From Candidatus Bathyarchaeota archaeon (GTDB lineage Archaea; Thermoproteota; Bathyarchaeia; TCS64), in the NCBI GenBank assembly GCA_963769425.1, contig CAVYLP010000004.1:288001-352000 (forward strand): 64,000 nt of DNA, read 5' to 3'. Within the stretch, counting starts at the first letter, position 1; each line of letters begins with the position of its first letter. The notes under the pieces are model-generated. The model worked only from the letters and a program-made list of their open reading frames with translations, searched no databases and was not told where the DNA came from. The position numbers and the translations under genes are program-made. This document shows positions 8,924 to 18,315 of the stretch, piece by piece.

Positions 8924-9319
8924 ATGAAGCCTCCCTGCATGGTTGTGGTTCAGCACATCCTTCCTGCGCTCCGACTGGAGATCACGAGGGAGCTCGTGGA
9001 GAAGTACGGGATGAAGAGATCCGACGCCGCTGTAAAGATGGGGATCACACCAGCCGCTGTCACTCAGTACCTCAGCCGTGTCAGAGGTGGATCAGCTACA
9101 AATCTTCTCGAGGGTAACGGAAAGGTCATGGAGTTGGTCGACGAAATATCAAGGGACATCGCTGCAGGAGAGAGTCCCCTCGATGTCCTCCTATTAAAGC
9201 TGTGCAGAGCGTGCTCGGCTGCCCGCTCCGAGGGGTTAATTTGTAAGCTACACAGAGACTCGATGCCTGGTCTCACCGACTTGAAGGAATGCTCATGCTC
9301 CCTGAACCTAACCGGGTGA
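8924..9319 (+). CDS. Predicted HTH transcriptional regulator (COG2522-like, Cys-containing)
   Basis: MKPPC start, GITPAAVTQYL HTH, CxxC...C..H. Confidence 0.75.
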   Translation: MKPPCMVVVQHILPALRLEITRELVEKYGMKRSDAAVKMGITPAAVTQYLSRVRGGSATNLLEGNGKVMELVDEISRDIAAGESPLDVLLLKLCRACSAARSEGLICKLHRDSMPGLTDLKECSCSLNLTG

Positions 9320-9324
9320 ATAAT

Positions 9325-9588
9325 ATGGAGACCAACCAATCTACCTTTGAATTGACCCCCGAGCTGGAAGAGGAGATCATGGAGATCAGTACCCGGAACC
9401 TAGTCGACTTCTACTCCGAGGACCTACGCAACATCAATGTACGACGCCTCACGGAGACTATTCCCCCTGGCGTATTGAGGCAACTCCGATTGCTTGGAAT
9501 AATTAACTCTCGTCGAACCTACAGGAATGGCAAGGTCCTCTACCTCACTGAAAAGGGTGAGTCAATTCTACGCGAGATCACTCCCTAG
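9325..9588 (+). CDS. Small winged-helix-like hypothetical protein
   Basis: LRLLGII...LYLTEKG wing motif. Confidence 0.5.
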   Translation: METNQSTFELTPELEEEIMEISTRNLVDFYSEDLRNINVRRLTETIPPGVLRQLRLLGIINSRRTYRNGKVLYLTEKGESILREITP

Positions 9589-9673
9589 AATCATTCTCGC
9601 CATTATTCCTAAGCGATTAAATAAGTCAAAATAATATAAATAGGAGAATATCTACCAATGGGGCATCCCAGAG

Positions 9674-10191
9674 ATGGGAGGTAGAAACAACTCAAAACAA
9701 TCAGCTTAGAATCATTCAGCCTTGACCACACAAAGATCAAGGCTCCCTATGTCAGATTATCTAAGAGAATAGAAGTACCCGGAAGCGGCTACGAGATTTC
9801 AACCTTCGACTTCAGGCTCCGTACCCCGAACACGGAACTCCTCACGCCGAAAGTGGCTCACTCCCTTGAACATCTATTCGCGGTCGCCCTCAGGTCGGAG
9901 TGCGAGGAACACCAGAGCGACTTGAAGGTACTTGATGTCTCACCGATGGGCTGCAGGACCGGCTACTACCTAACCGTGCTCAATCCGACGGGTGCGCTCC
10001 CGCTGTCTCGGGCGACTGAGGCGGTGAGGGCAATGCTCCACGGAGCACTTGAGATCAAAGAACTGCCCGGCGCGCGCCTCGAGACCTGCGGCGCGTATAA
10101 GGAACATGATTTCGATGGTGCGAGGGCCGAGATAGCCCGACTCACGGAGGAGGAAATCGTGTCGCTGGATAAGCCGCCCCTGCTAACCTGA
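9674..10191 (+). CDS. luxS: S-ribosylhomocysteine lyase LuxS (start uncertain)
   Basis: ESFSLDHTKIKAPYVR upstream of the track ORF, HSLEH, SPMGCRTGYY, CGAYKEH. In-frame TAG at 9682; ATG 9674 joins only if one A is missing from 9694-9697. Confidence 0.88.
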
Positions 10192-10234
10192 CCGGCGTTA
10201 AGCTTACACGCGCGGATGCATTCAATACCTCAAC

Positions 10235-10546
10235 ATGGTAAAGAAGGCGATCCAGATAGACGAGAAGGACAACGTCGCCACGACAACCAGTGAGGTGGAG
10301 GCGGGGGAGCATCTCCAGGTCATAAGCCCAGATGGAGAGGTGATACTCGAGCCCAGAGTCTCCGAGCCCATCCCCTTCGGTCACAAACTCGCAATCAAAC
10401 CCATAGAGAAGGGTGAGAACATCGTCAAATACGGCGAGGTGATAGGCGTGGCGACCCAGCCAATAAAATCTGGTGCATGGGTTAACACACACAACGTCGG
10501 AAGCGCTCGTATGCCGACGAGCGGCAAGGAGGCGGGCATACTGTGA
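10235..10546 (+). CDS. UxaA/SuyA-like SAF small subunit
   Basis: DNVAT, IPFGHK, IVKYGEVIG, WVNTHNV. Confidence 0.85.
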   Translation: MVKKAIQIDEKDNVATTTSEVEAGEHLQVISPDGEVILEPRVSEPIPFGHKLAIKPIEKGENIVKYGEVIGVATQPIKSGAWVNTHNVGSARMPTSGKEAGIL

Positions 10547-11719
10547 CTCAATTCATGGGCTACCAGCGCCCCGACAAGTCGGTGGGAGTCAGAAACCACC
10601 TACTCGTCCTCGCCCCAATCGACTGCAGCTTCGAGCCCGCGAAGAAGATAGCCGCGCAGGTCAACGGTGCCGTTGCCGTCACCCAATACCACGGCTGCGG
10701 TAACGACCCAGTCATCGCCAATAACCTAGTCGGGACTGCCCTCAACCCGAACGTCGCCGCAGTCCTAGTCCTGGGACTGGGGTGCGAGTCTCTAACAGTC
10801 GATACAGTCGCGGATGGTGTCAAGCCTAGTGGTAAACCAGTTGAGACACTAGTCATCCAGCAAGAGGGCGGGACCCTCAAGACTCAGGAGAAGGCTGTCC
10901 GCGTACTTCAGCGATGGGCGCAGGAAGTAGCCGAATACAAACCCGAGCCCTTCCCGCTGAGCAAGCTTAACCCTCGCTGTCGAGTGCGGCGGAAGCGACG
11001 CTACAAGTGGCCTCGCCGCCAACCCCGCCGTCGGAGTCGCCTGCGATAAACTCATCGACGAGGGCGGTACAGTCATCTTCAGCGAGCCGCAGGAGATGAT
11101 CGGAACACAGCAAGTCCTCGCCCGCAGGGCCGTGAACAAGCAGGTCGCCGCGGACGTCTACAAGATGATCGATCAAGACGAGGAGCGCCTCAAAGCGATA
11201 GGCGTCGACAGTAGGTGGATGAGCGCAGGAAACATAGACGGCGGCCTCACAACCATCGAGGAGAAGAGCCTCGGCGCCATCAGGAAGGGGGGAACTCGCC
11301 CCATCCAGGGAGTCTTGCAGAACAACTGGGAACGCTTCGACCGCCCTACGCGAGCCGGACTCTGGCTTCAAGACGGTACAGGGTGGGACGTCCCATCCGT
11401 CACCCACATGGTCGCCGCCGGTGCACAAGTAGTCTGCTTCACCAGCGGACAGGGTAGCACAACAGGCCACGCCATCGCCCCAGTCATCAAAATCACAGGC
11501 AACCCCGTCACATACCAGCAGATGGAGGACAACATGGACATAAACGCCGGAACCATCCTCGACGGCTCAGAGAGCCTCAACAGCGTCGGCCAGCGCATCT
11601 ACCAAACCATCATCGACACAGCCAATGGAAGGAAGACGAAAGCCGAGGCCCTCGGCTTCACAGACTATATAGTGTTCTGTAGGAGCAGAGCAGCCGAGCA
11701 CATGCTCGGCCACTGCTAA
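10543..11719 (+). CDS. UxaA/GarD/SuyB-family dehydratase or sulfo-lyase large subunit (extra base at ~10969)
   Basis: GYQRPD..VGVRN, GLGCE, then ECGGSD, GNIDGGLTTIEEKSLG and DINAG after a +1 correction. Confidence 0.85.
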
Positions 11720-11739
11720 ATACTTATTCTTTTAATAAA

Positions 11740-12246
11740 TTAGTTGTCGGCGAGTACGACGTCGTCGTACTCCTTCTCGATCTTGAGCTTATGCCCCTGT
11801 TCCATCTTGGCGAAGTCGGCCCACATCTTCCCCAGTGGATGCGCGGAGTAAGCCTTGGAGAGAGCCGTGTAGAAGTCGACAGCAGTCTGCTCACTCTTAG
11901 CCGCGAAGATGAGGGTGTCCTGATACGATGCATCAGTGCTGAGGGGTGCCACCTTGAGCGGGTCTGAGATGTGGAGGTCCATTACCTTCTTCAGGTCGCT
12001 ACCCTTTGCTTCGTTCATCACCTTCTTCGGGTCCTTGAGGGCCATCTCGAAGTATGCCTTGTGTTTCGACTCGTCTCCGGCGAGTTCCTTGAGGAGCTGC
12101 TTGGAGCCGGGGTTCTTGACATTCTTCGATGTCTCGGTGTAGAGGTTGTAAGCGCCCGTCTCCATGGTAATGCCGACTTTGAGGGCCTTCTCGACCGTCC
12201 ATCCGTCGATGCTCATGTTGATCTGGGTATCCAACGGAGAGTACAA
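11740..12246 (-). CDS. Ferritin/rubrerythrin-like di-iron protein
   Basis: Duplicated E...Y...ExxH motifs (DESKH, MEQGH). Confidence 0.8.
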   Translation of the reverse strand: MYSPLDTQINMSIDGWTVEKALKVGITMETGAYNLYTETSKNVKNPGSKQLLKELAGDESKHKAYFEMALKDPKKVMNEAKGSDLKKVMDLHISDPLKVAPLSTDASYQDTLIFAAKSEQTAVDFYTALSKAYSAHPLGKMWADFAKMEQGHKLKIEKEYDDVVLADN

Positions 12247-12301
12247 TATAAAAATAGTTCATAAAGTCGAGTTGGTTTAAATGGGTCTTCCTTAGTTAGG
12301 G

Positions 12302-13201
12302 CTACGACTCTATGTAGGTCGCGACCCTACAGCTCTTAGGGAGGAAGGAGTAGAGCCTCTGGCGGGACTGGTCGAAGGCGAATGTTCCCGCTCCCTCCTC
12401 CGTCTTAACCTGATTCACCACCTTCATCTCGACGAGGTCTATGGTGGCTAGGAGGCCCGGCTTCGGGAGGGCGCAGTAGAGGAACTTTCTACGAGCGTTT
12501 AGCCAAGTCACATCCGGCTCTCCATCTATCTTAGTCCTGCAGGTCTCAGTCCCCTTCTCCAAGTCCATGGCCACGATGGCGCCACCGTCACAGGCTATGT
12601 ACGCCTCCCTTCCATCGGCGCTCAGGTCGAGCCCGTGTGGGCCAGGGACCTTGATCGGGACCACCGGGGAGACGTCCCCGTTCCTAGGCGATAGGGTCAC
12701 GTACCCAGCTGGATCACGCAGGTTTATCACGAATCTATCCAAATAATCCGAGTAACAGCACCAGCGAGGCCTCCCAGGGAGCCTCGACACCTTCAGGACC
12801 TCCCCCCTCTCCGGATCCACAAGCCGCGCATGAAGGTCCGCAATATCCGCCACCATGAGGACGCCGTGGTCGTCATCCCAAGCCATACCATTCGGCCTCG
12901 AACCAACCTGAATGGTCTTCGACACCGTCCCCTTCGCAGCATGTATGACAAGCACCTTCCCAGTCCCCCTCGAAGCAGCGAAGACCAGACCATCAGCCTG
13001 AGCGCAGACCACACCACTCCCCTCTGGGCAACCCGGTATCGTCTTCTGGAGCGTACCCTTGAGGCCATCCACGACCTCGACAGTCCCGTTGGCAGTGTGA
13101 GCGACGTAGACGAAGCCGTTCGACAGGTAGACGTCCCCGTGGTCGAACCCGCCCCCTGTGTGCGGCGGCATCGCCACGTAGCGTTCGAGTTTAAGAACCA
13201 C
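12302..13201 (-). CDS. YncE/YVTN-type beta-propeller protein
   Basis: Repeated blade motifs (GSRPNGMA, PGPHGLDL). Confidence 0.7.
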   Translation of the reverse strand: MVLKLERYVAMPPHTGGGFDHGDVYLSNGFVYVAHTANGTVEVVDGLKGTLQKTIPGCPEGSGVVCAQADGLVFAASRGTGKVLVIHAAKGTVSKTIQVGSRPNGMAWDDDHGVLMVADIADLHARLVDPERGEVLKVSRLPGRPRWCCYSDYLDRFVINLRDPAGYVTLSPRNGDVSPVVPIKVPGPHGLDLSADGREAYIACDGGAIVAMDLEKGTETCRTKIDGEPDVTWLNARRKFLYCALPKPGLLATIDLVEMKVVNQVKTEEGAGTFAFDQSRQRLYSFLPKSCRVATYIES

Positions 13202-13293
13202 GTACCCTTCTCAGCGCGTGAGAATATAGTTCTTATCCCGCCCAGCAGCTGCACGCAAGGCAATATAAGAGACCCCTGCCCCTGAGACTAGGC

Positions 13294-14109
13294 GTGAAGC
13301 ACAAGGGGAGCCCCCGAGTCGAGATAGTCGCAACCGGGGACGAGCTCATTTACGGCCGCATCCTGGACACAAACAGCAACTGGCTCGCAAAGCGCATCGC
13401 TGAGATGGGTGCAGAGCTTCGCCGAGTCACCATGGTCGGAGACGACTACGATGACATGAGGGACGCCCTCTTCGGAGCCCTCGACAGGGACGCCGAGATA
13501 ATCATATTCACAGGCGGCCTCGGCCCATCCGAGGACGACTTCACCGTCGACGCCCTTGGCCGCGCCCTCAACAAGGCGGTGGTCACGGACCCAGTTGGGG
13601 TCCAGAAGATCAAGGAGATCTACGAGCGACGGGGGAGCGATATGAAGCGCGGAGCCCGCATGGCGCGCATACTGGAGGGAAGCGTGGGGATACAGAACCA
13701 CGTTGGTATGAGCGTTGGAATGAAGCTCCTCATCAACGGGAAGCTCCTCTTCACCCTACCCGGCGTCCCCCAGGAGATGCAGGGGATGTTCGACGAACAT
13801 ATAGCACCCGTCGTCGAGGCGGAGGCGAAGCACAAGCTCCTCGGACACACCTACGGCGTCTCCATGGTGTGGAAAGACTTCTTCCCCCTCTATACACAAC
13901 TACAGATCGACTACCCCGAGATCTACATAAAAAACGCCGCGACTCCACCCGAGGCGGAGGAGGAGCGTGCCAAAGTCAAGGAGGTCAAGGTGGACATAGT
14001 CGTTCAGGGCACCACCAAGAGGGAGGCGGAGGAGAAAATGGAGGCCTTCATGGCCGAATATAAGCGCCGCGTCGACGCCGCCGGCGGTGGAGTCATCCGC
14101 CGAATCTAG
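13294..14109 (+). CDS. CinA N-terminal/MoCF-like domain protein
   Basis: GDELIYGRILDTN, TGGLGPSEDD, LPGVPQEM. Confidence 0.85.
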   Translation: MKHKGSPRVEIVATGDELIYGRILDTNSNWLAKRIAEMGAELRRVTMVGDDYDDMRDALFGALDRDAEIIIFTGGLGPSEDDFTVDALGRALNKAVVTDPVGVQKIKEIYERRGSDMKRGARMARILEGSVGIQNHVGMSVGMKLLINGKLLFTLPGVPQEMQGMFDEHIAPVVEAEAKHKLLGHTYGVSMVWKDFFPLYTQLQIDYPEIYIKNAATPPEAEEERAKVKEVKVDIVVQGTTKREAEEKMEAFMAEYKRRVDAAGGGVIRRI

Positions 14110-14155
14110 TCCCGAAACATTTTACATCCACGCGGAGACTTCTCAGCCGACCTGT

Positions 14156-14353
14156 ATGCTGTTCCGCGTCTACCTGGAGAAGGAGCTGATAATGGAGGGG
14201 GTCAGGCTCGTTAAGGGGACCCCGGAGGGTGTCGCGATTAAGGATGATAAGGGGGTCTCGCGGGTCCTCGACGGCGTCTACGTCGCCGAGGTGGAGGGAG
14301 TGGCGGGCTACGTCACTCTCCGCCGCGCTGCAGGAGGGGCCCGAGGCTCCTGA
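14156..14353 (+). CDS. CooT-like small beta protein
   Basis: VYLEKELIMEGV..KDDKG pattern; lacks the N-terminal Cys. Confidence 0.45.
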   Translation: MLFRVYLEKELIMEGVRLVKGTPEGVAIKDDKGVSRVLDGVYVAEVEGVAGYVTLRRAAGGARGS

Positions 14354-15857
14354 ACTCTTCGCCCCTGAAATAGGCGTTAAGTTTCGTAGGTAGTTCTTCG
14401 ACGTGGATGTTGACTTGTTCCCAGCTGTCCCTGTCCCTGAGAGTCAGGATGTCCTTCTCCATTGTCGTATAGTCAATGGTGACGGCGAGTGGTGTGCCTA
14501 CCTCGTCCTGGCGGGCGTATCGGCGCCCAATGCTGCCACCGTCGTCGAATATGGCCCTGTAGCCCCCCGCTAAGACTATGTCGTAGACGGTCATCGCCTT
14601 CTCGGGGAGCCCATCCTTTGTGACTAGGGGCTGCACGGAGACCTGGTAGGGGGCGAGGTTCCTCGGGAAGTGGAGGATGTTCCTCTTCTCCTTCCCAGTT
14701 TCCCGCTGCTCCCACACTGTTTCCATGGCGACGAATGTGAGTCGATCGAGGCCGTAGCTTGGTTCGATGACGTGGGGGATGAACCGGGTACCGTCCTTGC
14801 GGAGCACCGACATGTCGACGCCGCTGCCCTTCTGATGGGCGTTGAGGTCGTAGTCCGTCCTGTTGGCGTGGCCGGCGACCTCGATCCAGCCCCAGCTCTT
14901 GGTCTGGACCTCGTGGTCGAACGTCTGGCTACTGTAGTGACTCCTCTCCTGGGGGAGGTGGGCGCGGAACTGCTGCCTCTCCGGCGGGACTCCGAGGCCC
15001 TCCATGAAGCGTTTGCCGATGCCCATGAAGTAGCCCTGCCACTCCGTGAGGATGAGCTTCTTCTCAACGGCCTCCCTAACGGTGACCTCTATGGGTTCCT
15101 TGACTCCCTTCTCCTCCATCTCCTCAGTGATGAGACGGACTTTCTCCCCCTCAACGTCCTTTAACCATAAACATGTAGGGTTGAGGGGGTCGAAGAAGAG
15201 CTCAAGCTCCATTATCGTGAACTCGCGAAGCCTATGCATGCCGCGGCGAGGGCTGACCTCGTTCCTCATCACCTTTCCCTGCTGGCTTATCGCGAAGGGG
15301 ATCCGCTCCCTGTTGGCCTGGTAGCAGCGCTTGAAGTTGGTGAACATGCCCTGGGCCGCCTCGGGGCGCATGTAGCCCACCTCGGCGCCAGTGGCCCCGA
15401 TCTGGGTCTGGAACATGGTGAGGACGAGCGTCGGCTCCTTGAGGGCGCCCCCGCAGACCGGGCACTTGATGTTGTTCTCGACGAGCAGTCTCTTGATCGC
15501 GTCCCCGCCCTGTGCCTCGACGTGCTCCATCCCCGTCTTCTCCTCGATGAGGTGGTCAGCGCGGAAGCCTCTACCGCACTGGCTGCACGTCGTCGCGTAC
15601 TCTTTGAAGTTGGCGAGGTGGCCGCTAGCCTCGAAGACCTTGCTGCTGTTCACTATCGGGTCCTCGATCTCGAAGAAGCCCTGCCTCCTGACGAAGTGCT
15701 CCCTCCAGAGGGCCTCGATGTTGCGCTTGAGCTTCACACCCGCGTCCCCGTAGGTGGTGAAGCCCGCTATGTTGCCGTATATCTCGAAGCTCGGCCAGAA
15801 GAAGCCGCGGCGCTTGGCGACCTCGGTGATGGTCTCGTAGATGTTGCCAGTGGACAT
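14313..15857 (-). CDS. glyS: Glycine--tRNA ligase (alpha2 type)
   Basis: RRGFFWPSFEIYG, MRPEAAQG, RNEVSPR, PHVIEPSYG, SIGRRYAR. Confidence 0.95.
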   Translation of the reverse strand: MSTGNIYETITEVAKRRGFFWPSFEIYGNIAGFTTYGDAGVKLKRNIEALWREHFVRRQGFFEIEDPIVNSSKVFEASGHLANFKEYATTCSQCGRGFRADHLIEEKTGMEHVEAQGGDAIKRLLVENNIKCPVCGGALKEPTLVLTMFQTQIGATGAEVGYMRPEAAQGMFTNFKRCYQANRERIPFAISQQGKVMRNEVSPRRGMHRLREFTIMELELFFDPLNPTCLWLKDVEGEKVRLITEEMEEKGVKEPIEVTVREAVEKKLILTEWQGYFMGIGKRFMEGLGVPPERQQFRAHLPQERSHYSSQTFDHEVQTKSWGWIEVAGHANRTDYDLNAHQKGSGVDMSVLRKDGTRFIPHVIEPSYGLDRLTFVAMETVWEQRETGKEKRNILHFPRNLAPYQVSVQPLVTKDGLPEKAMTVYDIVLAGGYRAIFDDGGSIGRRYARQDEVGTPLAVTIDYTTMEKDILTLRDRDSWEQVNIHVEELPTKLNAYFRGEEFRSLGPLLQRGGE

Positions 15858-15909
15858 GCCCTTTCAGCCCTAAACGAATCTGCGGGTGCAAAATATAAAG
15901 GGGGCGGGG

Positions 15910-16614
15910 CTAGGCCGCCGCGGCGGAGCGCAGGAGGCCCGTTATCATCGGGTGCGGGCGCTCGTGGGTGGAGGTGGCTTGCGGGACGAAGAGTGTGGCG
16001 AAGAAGAATCTAGCCTTGGGGAGCTCGAGTATCCTGACCTCCCCGCCGGCGTCGAGGCCGGAGACGCGAAGACCCGCCTTCTCTACATCTCCCCTCCGGG
16101 CTGGGTTCAAGCCGTAGTTGCAGTAGAACTTCTCCCTGATGGTCGGCGCCCCGTAGACTTTTGAGGCCCGCGTCCCGGCTAGGACCTTCACCTCCTCTAC
16201 CTTCCCGACGAGTGAGCAGGTGAGGGGAGTTACGAAGAGGTTGGAGGCGTCAGGGTGCTCCTCCGCGTGCTCCGCGTCCTCGATGCCCATGACATTTCTC
16301 GCGAACTCGATGATGGCGTGCTGGCAACCCCCGCAGGTGCCGATGAAGGGGCGGTCATTCTCCCTAGCGAACCTGATCCCGTTCAGGGCGCCTTCAGTGC
16401 TCTTGTAGGGGCTCCCCGGGGCGCAGAGGAACGCGTCGAACCGATCCATCTTTCCCTCAGCGTCCACCTCCAGCGAGGGCGTGGGGAGCCACTCGACATC
16501 CACGCCTAAACCGATTAGGTCCGCCGAGTGCCTGAAGGCATCATTCGTGGCTGTATGTGTCTCGTAGGTTGCCCGAAAATCGCCGATGACTCCAACGCTA
16601 AGCTTCTTTGGCAT
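15910..16614 (-). CDS. Stand-alone CTP-synthase-type glutamine amidotransferase domain
   Basis: GTCGGCQH, EFARNVMG, FFATLFVPQ, PHP; no synthase domain. Confidence 0.8.
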   Translation of the reverse strand: MPKKLSVGVIGDFRATYETHTATNDAFRHSADLIGLGVDVEWLPTPSLEVDAEGKMDRFDAFLCAPGSPYKSTEGALNGIRFARENDRPFIGTCGGCQHAIIEFARNVMGIEDAEHAEEHPDASNLFVTPLTCSLVGKVEEVKVLAGTRASKVYGAPTIREKFYCNYGLNPARRGDVEKAGLRVSGLDAGGEVRILELPKARFFFATLFVPQATSTHERPHPMITGLLRSAAAA

Positions 16615-16650
16615 ACGAGGCTGTGAGCCGCGACGCGTATAAGCGTTTGG

Positions 16651-17598
16651 CTAATACTTCGTTAGGTCAACGCCTATCCTCTTCGATATCTTCTCGAGGT
16701 CGTTGAGGATGTAGACGAAGGCGTGGCCCGTCCACCGCCCCCACCTCTCCGCGGCGAGCCTCTGAATCTCGGGGATTACACCACGCGGGTCTTCGGGCTC
16801 CACGCCTTTGAGGAGGACGCTGAATATCTTCGCGCTCCAGACATCGACACTGAAGCCCCTCTCGGAGACGACGATGGCTGCCGAATAAGGGCCGACGCCT
16901 CGCAGCTCCATGAGCCTCTCCCGCGCCTCCTCGGCGGTGAGCCTCGACAACTCGTCCATGTCGGGGAACCCGGCCTCGATGGATTCGGCTATGGAGACGA
17001 GGTTCTTCGCCCTGTACCCGAGCTTCGCCCTACTCATGAGCTCCGCGACAGGCGTCGAGGCTATTCTCTTCGGCGAGGGCCAGTACCTGACCCTCCTCCC
17101 GTCGAACTCCGCGTCATCTCCGTAAAGCTCTCTTACAGAGTCCATCATCTGGTTGCTCCTCTTCATGGGGGCCATCTGGAGGGTGACGGCGAGGATGAGG
17201 GCGGGGAAGAGGTCGGGCCACCAGAGTATGCGCATTCCCCTGAGGTCCCTCACCACGGGGGCGAGTATGTTGTCCCTCCCCGCCATTTCGTAGAAGGGGC
17301 GGAGGTCCTCCCCCGTCCTTAGGGAGCGCCTCATCATCCCCTCGATTATCTGCTTCTCGTCCAAGGTGAGACCCGAGTCGGTGTAGATGGAGCACCCTAT
17401 CCGCGGCTTGGTGAGTGTGCCAAGGTTCCAGAGCTTCACCCCAATGAGTTTACCCCTGAACCGCGTCGCGGTCCTGAGCGTACCTTTCTCATATATCTCG
17501 TCGGGGGTCGCCCACCACCAACCGGCGGGCTTACTCACGGTCAAATCAAAGCTGTACGGGGGAATTGCCCCCATCTCGAACTCGTGAACCCGCCTCAC
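16651..17598 (-). CDS. AlkA/HhH-GPD DNA glycosylase
   Basis: WPSPKRIA, LGYRA, LRGVGPYSA, VDVW; probable GTG start at 17598. Confidence 0.8.
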   Translation of the reverse strand: MRRVHEFEMGAIPPYSFDLTVSKPAGWWWATPDEIYEKGTLRTATRFRGKLIGVKLWNLGTLTKPRIGCSIYTDSGLTLDEKQIIEGMMRRSLRTGEDLRPFYEMAGRDNILAPVVRDLRGMRILWWPDLFPALILAVTLQMAPMKRSNQMMDSVRELYGDDAEFDGRRVRYWPSPKRIASTPVAELMSRAKLGYRAKNLVSIAESIEAGFPDMDELSRLTAEEARERLMELRGVGPYSAAIVVSERGFSVDVWSAKIFSVLLKGVEPEDPRGVIPEIQRLAAERWGRWTGHAFVYILNDLEKISKRIGVDLTKY

Positions 17599-17609
17599 CT
17601 CTAGCCGCC

Positions 17610-18315
17610 CTACCTCTTCCTGACCCTCGCGTTCGTCAGGTTGATTGCCTTCGTCACCTTGATGCCCTTCGGGCAGACTTGTGTACACTTGAAGTAGTTT
17701 CTGCAGGCAACAGAACCGTGGGGTGCCGCGGCAACTTCGAGCCAAGCTTCGACGTCATTCGTCCGGGTGTCGAAGATGTATCGTTGGAGAAGGAGGGCTG
17801 CAGAGGGTCCTATGTACTCGGGGTCATCGCGTAGGTTAACGGGGCAGGACGCGGTGCAGCACCCACATTGGATACACTTTATCGCGTCCTCTATTGCCCG
17901 CCTCTCGGACTCTGCCTGCCTCGCCTCCTCCACAGCCTCGGCGGGGTCCATCCTATCCCAACCCTCAGGGTGGACCGCTTTCATCCTAGCGAAGAAGGGG
18001 ACGAGATCCACAACGAGGTCCTTGACTACACGGAAAAAGGAGAGAGGCTCGACCACTATCTCGGGGCCCTCGAACTCCCCCACGAGCCTCTGACAGGCGA
18101 GGCCGGCGACTCCATTCATCGTGACGCCGTCTGAGCCACAGAATCCCATGCCCGCAGCTCATCCTGTAGGAGAGGGTCGGGTCGACGCCCCAGCGTACTC
18201 TGTTGAGACACTCAAGCACACGCATCCTCGGCGTTGTCTCCAGTTCGTATGTGTCGTAGTGGGGCTCCTCGTCAGTCGCGGGGTCGTATCTAAATACCTT
18301 GAATCTCGTGGCTAG
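17610..18315 (-). CDS. sdhB: Succinate dehydrogenase/fumarate reductase Fe-S subunit (extra base at ~18142; no canonical start seen)
   Basis: FKVFRYDP...SCGHGI|[29 protein letters not shown]. Confidence 0.85.

Noticed and set aside
15910-16614. Truncated pyrG pseudogene
   Set aside because: It has its own start and fits the known stand-alone CTP-synthase GATase-like family.
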